Shown here piece by piece: positions 57,022 through 64,000 of a stretch of 64,000 nucleotides of DNA. Position numbers and translations under genes: made by a program. The notes beneath the pieces were generated by a model. It had not been told where the DNA came from, did no database searches, and saw only the letters and a list, made by a program, of their open reading frames with translations. This DNA comes from an uncultured Mollicutes bacterium. Its GTDB lineage: Bacteria; Bacillota_I; Bacilli_A; RFN20; CAG-826. Each line of letters opens with the position of its first letter. Within the stretch, counting starts at the first letter, position 1. The stretch lies in contig UQFN01000001.1 in NCBI GenBank assembly GCA_900540365.1, positions 103,636 to 167,635 on the forward strand. Reading direction: 5' to 3'.

Positions 57022-57850
57022 TTTTATTTACACGTTCAAATTTAATTTCTTTTAAATTTACGAATTCAACAGTTTCTCCTTCTTCTAATTTCAAAATTTT
57101 AGTAAAGACATTAAATCCAGTAACTTTATATTTAGCATTTTTATAAGTAACAACTTGATTAATATTAGGAAATGATTTCTTTAATTCACTATATTGGTCA
57201 TCTTCGTATTTTAAACAACACATTAATTTACCACAAAGACCACTTAATTTAGGAATATTAATAGAAAGCATTTGATTTTTTGCTCTATTTAAAGAAATTC
57301 CCTCAAATGTTTTAAAAAAAGTAGTGCAACAAATAGGAAGGCCACAAACACCGATTCCTCCAATCATTTGTGCTCTTTCACGACTACTTATTTGACGTAA
57401 TTCAATTCGACAATGTAATTTAGATGCAAGAATTTTTAATAATTCTCTAAAATCTATTCGATCATCACTAGCATAAGTAAATAAAACTTTAACTCTATCT
57501 AAAGTGTATTCAGCATTTATTAGGCGCATATTTAAATTTAAATCATTAACAGAATCAATAAAAATAAGTCCAGCTTTATTTGCTAATACTTTATTTTCTT
57601 CGTGTATTTTTAAATCGCCTTTAACAGCTTTTCTTAAAATTGGAATAATTTCTTTAGAAAAATTTAAACTTTCTAAAGGTTTTGGGGTAGAAGTTACTTT
57701 TCCAATTTCTTTACCAATTGTTGTTTCAACAACAACATAATCTCCAATTTTTAAGTCATTTAAAATTGTAGAAAAATAGTATTCCTTATTTGTTGTTTCA
57801 AAAGTTACAGCTATATAATATTGATTTTGTTGTTCCATTTTATTCTCCAA
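57011..57850 (-). CDS. PSP1-domain protein (YaaT/RicT-like)
   Basis: Cys-rich CGLPICC...CGKLMCCLKYE. Synteny holB-yaaT-rsmI. Confidence 0.85.
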   Translation of the reverse strand: MENKMEQQNQYYIAVTFETTNKEYYFSTILNDLKIGDYVVVETTIGKEIGKVTSTPKPLESLNFSKEIIPILRKAVKGDLKIHEENKVLANKAGLIFIDSVNDLNLNMRLINAEYTLDRVKVLFTYASDDRIDFRELLKILASKLHCRIELRQISSRERAQMIGGIGVCGLPICCTTFFKTFEGISLNRAKNQMLSINIPKLSGLCGKLMCCLKYEDDQYSELKKSFPNINQVVTYKNAKYKVTGFNVFTKILKLEEGETVEFVNLKEIKFERVNKNEK

Positions 57851-58814
57851 AGATTTCGTTTATTGCTCTAATTACTAATAAATTAACTAAAAGATTAAAA
57901 TTTAGTTCATTACGAGCTTCAACAAGAGTTAAGATTGCCTTATCTAAAGCAGGTATATAATTAATTATACTCGTAATATACTCGATATAACTACTTAAAA
58001 AAGTTGTTTTATTAACTTTATATTTTAAACTTTCCTTGAAAAAAATAATAAGATAATCAAAGAAATTTTTAGTATCTTCCTTTGATTTTAATAAAGGAAG
58101 GAGATAAGTTTCTAAATAAAATATTGCATTATCTTTATTTTTAAATTTCTTAATAAAATTTAGTAAGGAATTTTTAATTTCAATGTATTCTTCTTTTAAA
58201 GATGATTCCTTTATAAGGGTTTCATCGTTATAAAAAAATGATAATAATTCCGCATCTTCTTTAGAAACATTTAAATTTATAGCATTATTTATTAATTCTT
58301 TTTGATCTAATAAAGAAAAATTAATAACTTCACAACGACTAATAATCGTTGGTAAAATATAAAACTTATTTAAAGTAGTTAAAATTGCATAAGTGTTTGC
58401 TGGAGGTTCTTCTAAAAATTTAAGAAGAGAATTAGTAGCATCTAAAGTCATATTTTCAACAAGATTTAAAATATAAATTTTAATTCCTTTTTTTTCATTA
58501 GCAGTATTAGAAAATTGGGAAATAATTGTAGAAATATCATCTTTTTTAATACTTTCCTTACTGCCATCAACGATAATTAAATCAACATAAGTTCCATTAT
58601 CAATCCTTTTACATGTATTACATTTATCACAACAAAAAGGATTTGCGTGTTCACAAAAAATAGATTTTGCGATGAATTTTGCGATTTCTAAAAGCGGAGT
58701 ACCAATGGAGCCATTTAATAAATAAGCATGAAAAAATTCATTCTTACTAAGTGAATTTTCTAAAATTTTATACGGGATCTGCTGGTTTTTTTCTAAATAT
58801 TCAACGATTTTCAT
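57840..58814 (-). CDS. holB: DNA polymerase III delta' subunit
   Basis: Position after tmk. HAYLLNG, zinc-module-like CDKCNTCKR, and SRC motif IISRCEV. Confidence 0.85.
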   Translation of the reverse strand: MKIVEYLEKNQQIPYKILENSLSKNEFFHAYLLNGSIGTPLLEIAKFIAKSIFCEHANPFCCDKCNTCKRIDNGTYVDLIIVDGSKESIKKDDISTIISQFSNTANEKKGIKIYILNLVENMTLDATNSLLKFLEEPPANTYAILTTLNKFYILPTIISRCEVINFSLLDQKELINNAINLNVSKEDAELLSFFYNDETLIKESSLKEEYIEIKNSLLNFIKKFKNKDNAIFYLETYLLPLLKSKEDTKNFFDYLIIFFKESLKYKVNKTTFLSSYIEYITSIINYIPALDKAILTLVEARNELNFNLLVNLLVIRAINEIFGE

Positions 58815-59427
58815 TAAGTTTATCTTTAATAATTTTATAGGTGATATTATAAACTTCTTCTAAAGGTAAAGAAGCATCGATCACTTTATAACGATTTTTA
58901 TAAGTTTTAGCTAAATCTAAAAATGTGGCTCTAACTTTGTTATAAAATTCAATTTTTTCTAAATCTAAACGGTTAACTTCACGATTAGAATTATCTGCAA
59001 TTCGTTTTAAACCTAATTCTGGTTCAATATCAAAAAGTAAAGTTAAATCAGGAAGTGTGTTGTTGGTTGCAAATAAGTTAATATTTAAAACCTCGCTTAC
59101 ACCAAGATTTTTCCCTCCGCCTTGATAAGCTAAACTACTATCTACATATCTATCGCAAAGAACTATTTTATTTTCTTTTAAAGCAGGATAAATTTTTTCG
59201 ACAAGTAATTGTCTTCTACTAGCTGCAAATAAAAGAGCTTCCGAACGGTCATCAAGTTCAACATTATCTTTATTTAAAATAATATTTCTAATTTGCTCGG
59301 AGATTTTTACACCACCTGGTTCGCGGGTTAATAAAATATCATAGCCTTCCTTAGTAAGTTGTTCATATACCATTTTTAAGATTGTAGTTTTCCCACAACC
59401 TTCGACACCTTCAGCAGTAATAAACAT
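58801..59427 (-). CDS. tmk: Thymidylate kinase
   Basis: FITAEGVEGCGKTT P-loop, and DRY...S.AYQG. Confidence 0.95.
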   Translation of the reverse strand: MFITAEGVEGCGKTTILKMVYEQLTKEGYDILLTREPGGVKISEQIRNIILNKDNVELDDRSEALLFAASRRQLLVEKIYPALKENKIVLCDRYVDSSLAYQGGGKNLGVSEVLNINLFATNNTLPDLTLLFDIEPELGLKRIADNSNREVNRLDLEKIEFYNKVRATFLDLAKTYKNRYKVIDASLPLEEVYNITYKIIKDKLNENR

Positions 59428-60035
59428 TATTTTATCTCCTTTTTGTAACTAGTACGATTATCAAAAGATCTTTTGATAGTTAACGAATCAGCATAATCTA
59501 ATTGGCCACCTACTGGTAAGCCAAAACCAATACGTGAAACGATTACATCTTTATTTTCTAAAATTTTTGCTAAATATAAAGCAGTAGTATCACCTTCAAT
59601 ATTTGGATTAGTGGCGATAATTATTTCTTTAATTTTTTCATCCTCAATTCTTTTAATAAGTTCTTGAATTTTTAACTTATCTGGAGTTAATCCATGATAA
59701 GAGGAAATCTCTCCACCTAAAACATGATATATGCCATGAAAATTCATTGATTCAAATAGAAGTGCATCCTTCGAAGAAGGTATAACGATACATTGACTAT
59801 GATCTCTATTTACATCTTTACAAACTTGACATTTATCATCTTCAGTTAAAATTCCACAAATAGGACATGGATGAATTTTAGTAGTAGCATTTTCAATAGA
59901 AGTAATTAAAAAATCAATGGATTGCTTATCCATATTTAAAATAGCATAAGCCATCCTTTCTGCTGTTTTAGCACCAATGCTTGGAAATTTTGAAAAAGCA
60001 TTAGTTAAATCAACAATTGATTTTAATTCATTCAT
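59427..60035 (-). CDS. recR: Recombination protein RecR
   Basis: HhH (PSIGAKTAERMA), zinc finger CPICGILTEDDKCQVC, and a Toprim domain. Confidence 0.95.
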   Translation of the reverse strand: MNELKSIVDLTNAFSKFPSIGAKTAERMAYAILNMDKQSIDFLITSIENATTKIHPCPICGILTEDDKCQVCKDVNRDHSQCIVIPSSKDALLFESMNFHGIYHVLGGEISSYHGLTPDKLKIQELIKRIEDEKIKEIIIATNPNIEGDTTALYLAKILENKDVIVSRIGFGLPVGGQLDYADSLTIKRSFDNRTSYKKEIK

Positions 60036-60346
60036 TAAAAACCAAATCCTCCAGGAACTTTAAATTTAGAAGCTAATTCTTCTTCTTTTTGTAAAATTTG
60101 ATTTCTTACATTGTCATAAGCAAGTTTTATCATATCTTGAATCATTTCTAAATTATCTTTTTCTAAAATATCTTCATCTAAAATCTTAATACTAACTAAT
60201 GACATATCACCTTTTAAAGTTAAGGAAATTACTCCATTAGCGATGTAATTAAATTCAGTTTCTTCGAGTATTTTATGTTCTTTTTCATACATTCTTTGCA
60301 TTTTTTGTACTTGTTGTAACATTTGTTGCATATTCATATTATTCAA
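60035..60346 (-). CDS. ybaB: YbaB/EbfC-family nucleoid-associated protein
   Basis: 103 aa. MQQMLQQVQKMQ start. Synteny dnaX-ybaB-recR. Confidence 0.9.
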   Translation of the reverse strand: MNNMNMQQMLQQVQKMQRMYEKEHKILEETEFNYIANGVISLTLKGDMSLVSIKILDEDILEKDNLEMIQDMIKLAYDNVRNQILQKEEELASKFKVPGGFGF

Positions 60347-62024
60347 TCTCCTCTGTAGTTATTTCTATTTCATCTATATCTTCACAAACAGGTAGTTTAT
60401 TTACTTGTTGTAAATTTAAAAATTTACTCTTTATATCGATATAACGCACTCTATTTAATGAATAGATAAATAGTTTATATCCACTAATTTTATCAATAAG
60501 GTCACTAAAAGAATTTTGATTTTTGCAAACATTTACTTTTTTAGTAGCAATATCATAATTATTAACAATAATTATATGTTTATCAGTTACGGCAAATAAA
60601 CTTGAGTCCATTAAGATAGTAGCAAATGGACCATATTTTTTATCGTCTAAATAATTTTCTAAGTTAGGCCATAAACTAGCGATTTTAGTGCGAAGATCTT
60701 TTTTTGCAATTGATAATAACTTAATTAAATTATCATCACTAATGAAATTTGATAAGCCTGAAGAATCAAGATTTATCTTTTTTAAGTCGACTTCTGCAGG
60801 GTTTTTTTGTAAAATTGCACGTTTTACAACAGTTTTCTTTACTTCTTGTTTTGGCGCAATTTCAACTTTTTCTTCGATAATTTCTTTTTGAGGTTGTTTA
60901 TTTATTACTTCTTTAACAACCTCTTTTTTAGTAATTTCAGGCTTAGAATTATTTAAAGAAGAAAGTTTAAGCAAATAAATTTCAAAAGTAAATAAAGGGT
61001 TATTTGAAATCTTAAATTCTTTATTACATTCCATTAATAAATCAATATAAGAATTAATTTCACTTTCATTAAGGAAACTTGCAAGTTCTTTAACACTGTT
61101 TAAAGAAGTAGATGTTAACAGTTCTAAATTATTAGTTTTTAAATAGATTAAAGCATCTTTTAAAACATTTAATAATTCATTAACAAGTCTAGATACATCA
61201 ACATTTCTAGCAATAAAATTTTGATATTTATTTAAAACATTTAAAGTATCATTTGCATGGATATATTTTAATAAAGTAATTTTTTCAGTAGCAGAAGTTA
61301 GTCCGAAAATTTTTTCAATATCCTGAGATACGATATTATTACCAGAATAAGCAATAATTTGATCTAATAAACTTAAGGCATCACGAGCTCCACCATTTGC
61401 TAATTCAACAACTAATCTAATTGAATCTTCATCGGCATTAATATTTTCTTTACTTAAAACATTTTTAATTAACTTAGTTAAATCTTTTTCATCAATTTTT
61501 TTAAATTCATATCTTTGACATCTAGAAATGATTGTTGGTAAAAGTTTATAAGGTTCAGTTGTACATAAAATAAAAACAACATAGCTTGGTGGTTCTTCTA
61601 ATGTTTTTAATAAAGCATTAAAAGCACTAGTTGTCATCATATGAACTTCATCAATAATATAAATTTTATATTGTCCTTCAATCGGAGAATATTTTACTTT
61701 TTCAATTAAATTTCTAATCTCATCGACTCCACTATTACTAGCAGCATCAATTTCAATTACATCAGGATGTTTGTTTTCACTGATAGCTAAACAACTTTGG
61801 CATCTATTACAAATATGTCCGACTCCTTCAGCACAATTTAAAGCTTTTGCAAAAAGTCTTGCAACAGAAGTCTTTCCTGTTCCGCGTGGTCCACTAAATA
61901 AGTATGCGTGAGAAATTTTGCCTTTTTTTAAGGCATTAAGTAATGTTTTAACAATCGCTTCTTGTCCAACTAATTCGTCAAAATTTTGCGATCTATATTT
62001 TCGATAAAGTGCTTTGTATGACAT
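60339..62024 (-). CDS. dnaX: DNA polymerase III subunit gamma/tau
   Basis: ALYRKYRSQNFDELVGQE, GPRGTGKTS, zinc module CNRCQSC, and SRCQRY. Confidence 0.95.
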   Translation of the reverse strand: MSYKALYRKYRSQNFDELVGQEAIVKTLLNALKKGKISHAYLFSGPRGTGKTSVARLFAKALNCAEGVGHICNRCQSCLAISENKHPDVIEIDAASNSGVDEIRNLIEKVKYSPIEGQYKIYIIDEVHMMTTSAFNALLKTLEEPPSYVVFILCTTEPYKLLPTIISRCQRYEFKKIDEKDLTKLIKNVLSKENINADEDSIRLVVELANGGARDALSLLDQIIAYSGNNIVSQDIEKIFGLTSATEKITLLKYIHANDTLNVLNKYQNFIARNVDVSRLVNELLNVLKDALIYLKTNNLELLTSTSLNSVKELASFLNESEINSYIDLLMECNKEFKISNNPLFTFEIYLLKLSSLNNSKPEITKKEVVKEVINKQPQKEIIEEKVEIAPKQEVKKTVVKRAILQKNPAEVDLKKINLDSSGLSNFISDDNLIKLLSIAKKDLRTKIASLWPNLENYLDDKKYGPFATILMDSSLFAVTDKHIIIVNNYDIATKKVNVCKNQNSFSDLIDKISGYKLFIYSLNRVRYIDIKSKFLNLQQVNKLPVCEDIDEIEITTEEIE

Positions 62025-62133
62025 AAAAAATCCTTGTTCTATTATACATTAAAAGTTCTTTTATTTAAACTATGATATACTTTTAAACTAATATTATTTT
62101 TGATATAATTTTTAGGAAATTAAAGGGATATTT

Positions 62134-63219
62134 ATGGATAAAAACATGCACGATAGGCTCGAAGCTAGCCAAAAAAGATTAAAAGAAATTGATGAATTAT
62201 TGCTCGATAATAGTGTTTGCAGTGACATGAAACAATTTAAAGATTTATCAAAAGAGAGATCACAACTTGAACCTATAGTTGAGAAGTTTTTAGAATACCA
62301 AACTTGTGAACAAAATAAAGAAGATGCATTATTAATGTCTAATGATCATGATCCTGAAATGTCTGCTTTAGGAAAAGAAGAATTTAAAAATTGTAGTGAT
62401 AAACTTCTTGAAATTGAAGACGAAATTAGAATTTTATTAATTCCAAAGGATCCAAATGATGGGAAAGATATTATTTTTGAAATAAAAGGAGCAGTTGGTG
62501 GTGATGAAGCAAATATCTTTGCAGGTGATTTATTTAGAATGTATGTGAAATATTGCGAAGCTAAAAACTGGAAATTAAAAATAATTGATGAAAGTCCTTG
62601 TGGAGTTGGAGGATATTCATATATTCAATTTGTTGTTAGTGGAGATAGCGCTTATTCAAGATTAAAGTTTGAAAGTGGTGTTCATCGTGTTCAAAGAGTA
62701 CCTAAAACAGAAGCTAATGGAAGAATTCATACATCGACTGCTACAGTTGTTGTTATGCCACAAGTAGAAGTAAATGAAATTAATATTAATCCAAGTGATT
62801 TAAGAGTGGATCGTTATCGTTCTCAAGGAGCTGGTGGACAAAATGTTAACAAAACTGAGTCTGCAGTTAGAATAACTCATATTCCTACTGGAATTGTTGT
62901 ATCATGCCAAACTCAAAAATCACAAATTCAAAACCATGAAATTTGTATGCAAATGTTAGCAAGTAAATTAGCTCAATTAGAAGAAGAAAAAAAGAGTCAA
63001 ACCGAAGCTCAATTTAGAAGTAAAATTGGTAGTGGAGACCGTAACGAAAAAATAAGAACTTATAATTATCCACAAAACAGAGTTACCGATCATCGAATTG
63101 GATTTACAATTCAACAATTAGACCGTGTAATGGAAGGTGATTTAGATAATATTATTGATGCATTAATTAATTTTGATCAAGAACAAAAAATTGCTGGTAA
63201 TAAAGATGGAGTTATCTAA
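62134..63219 (+). CDS. prfA: Peptide chain release factor 1
   Basis: GGQ motif (GAGGQNVNK) and RF1-type P-x-T tripeptide (PKT). Confidence 0.95.
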   Translation: MDKNMHDRLEASQKRLKEIDELLLDNSVCSDMKQFKDLSKERSQLEPIVEKFLEYQTCEQNKEDALLMSNDHDPEMSALGKEEFKNCSDKLLEIEDEIRILLIPKDPNDGKDIIFEIKGAVGGDEANIFAGDLFRMYVKYCEAKNWKLKIIDESPCGVGGYSYIQFVVSGDSAYSRLKFESGVHRVQRVPKTEANGRIHTSTATVVVMPQVEVNEININPSDLRVDRYRSQGAGGQNVNKTESAVRITHIPTGIVVSCQTQKSQIQNHEICMQMLASKLAQLEEEKKSQTEAQFRSKIGSGDRNEKIRTYNYPQNRVTDHRIGFTIQQLDRVMEGDLDNIIDALINFDQEQKIAGNKDGVI

Positions 63220-64000
63220 TCGAGATTTATATAATCGTGCTAAAGAAATTCTTTCTAAAAACAAAGATATAGAATACTTTGATGGTGAGATTTATGCCAT
63301 ACTTATGAAAGCATCTGGCTATGAATCGTTTACTGAATTAGTCCTAAATTTTGATAAAGAGTGTCCTAATCCCCAATATTTTTATAGAAATTTAAATAGA
63401 TTAATTGCTGGTGAACCACTTCAATACATCTTAGAGGAAGCACCATTTTTAGATTATATGATATCTATTAGTGAAGATGTTTTAATCCCTAGACCTGAAA
63501 CTGAAATGTTAGTTTTAGAGACTATAAAGTATATAAACAAAAATAACCTTAATCATAAAATAATTGCTGATGTTTGTACTGGTAGTGGGTGTATTGCTGT
63601 TGCTATGCAAAAAGAATATAAAAACTCAACTGTTTTTGCACTTGATAAATATGAAAATGTTTTAATGATAGCAAAAAAGAATTTTGAAAAATATCAATTA
63701 CCAATTATTTGTTTACAAGGTGATAAAGTTGAACCTTTAATTAAAAGAAATATTAAAGTAGATATTTTAATATCTAATCCACCATATGTAGAAAATATTA
63801 ATGATATTGAGAAAAAAGTTTTAGAGCACGAACCAATTAATGCTATCTATATTCAAGATGGGACAGCTTTTTATGAAAACTATTTTAAAAATTATCAAAA
63901 CATTATGAATAAAAACTTTTTAATGGCTTTTGAAATAAATTACGACCAAGAAGAAAAATTATCATTTTTAATTAAAAACTATTTTGATTTAAATAAAATT
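63206..64000 (+). CDS. prmC: Release-factor glutamine methyltransferase PrmC (3' end beyond the window)
   Basis: Open-ended ORF from ATG 63206 overlapping the prfA stop. SAM motif DVCTGSGCIAV and the NPPY motif. Confidence 0.9.
   Translation, partial: MELSNRDLYNRAKEILSKNKDIEYFDGEIYAILMKASGYESFTELVLNFDKECPNPQYFYRNLNRLIAGEPLQYILEEAPFLDYMISISEDVLIPRPETEMLVLETIKYINKNNLNHKIIADVCTGSGCIAVAMQKEYKNSTVFALDKYENVLMIAKKNFEKYQLPIICLQGDKVEPLIKRNIKVDILISNPPYVENINDIEKKVLEHEPINAIYIQDGTAFYENYFKNYQNIMNKNFLMAFEINYDQEEKLSFLIKNYFDLNKI

Noticed and set aside
62025-62133. SRP RNA (scr/ffs) upstream of dnaX, as in Bacillus
   Set aside because: The interval is only 109 nt and extremely AT-rich, with no conserved SRP domain IV-like helix.

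Overview
This is a 64-kb origin-proximal chromosome segment from a very AT-rich Firmicutes/Mollicutes-like bacterium. Hand-counted host lines are about 22-25% GC. The standard genetic code applies, because TGA acts as a stop at several ATGA gene junctions.

The window opens inside dnaA (minus strand). A DnaA-box cluster follows, then rpmH-rnpA-yidC-jag-mnmE-tatD-rnmV-rsmA-ispE. After that come ppdK, an FGGY kinase, an ABC exporter pair and a DUF368 protein. Next are pth-mfd-S4-tilS-ftsH-dus, nadE, lysS, rpsF-ssb-rpsR, gdpP-rplI-dnaB, an MBL hydrolase and rlmH.

A tmRNA gene lies at 39166-39527. Immediately 3' of it, from about 39.5 to 47.8 kb, is the only clearly accessory region. It is a compositionally mosaic, integrase-less island that contains:
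- a tightly coupled radical-SAM-like (Gp37/Gp68 type) / MarR / SPL-like radical-SAM operon at about 48% GC;
- a frameshifted NifX/NifB-like remnant;
- an AT-rich cassette encoding a COG1373 AAA ATPase with a DUF4143 nuclease-like tail. The cassette is bracketed by 23-bp direct repeats and carries tandem promoter repeats and phased GGTACGAA repeats;
- an ORF-free GC-rich spacer;
- a CPBP (Abi-type) intramembrane protease at about 52% GC;
- a possible IS fragment;
- an ABC-2 transporter;
- a truncated second COG1373 ATPase.

Core genes then resume: purB-purA, an ArsB/NhaD permease, glcK, a pseudouridine synthase, DUF1538 with two PII-like genes, then on the minus strand rsmI-PSP1-holB-tmk-recR-ybaB-dnaX, and finally prfA-prmC.

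Other signals:
- a strand-polar dispersed motif (TGAGTTTTGCAGGGTTTT family), found only on the + strand;
- a Phd/YefM antitoxin-like domain fused in frame to NAD synthetase;
- perfect 24-bp palindromes in two 5' leaders.

No rRNA, tRNA, CRISPR array, prophage structural genes or recombinase were seen. All family assignments rest on motif recognition by eye, not on searches.
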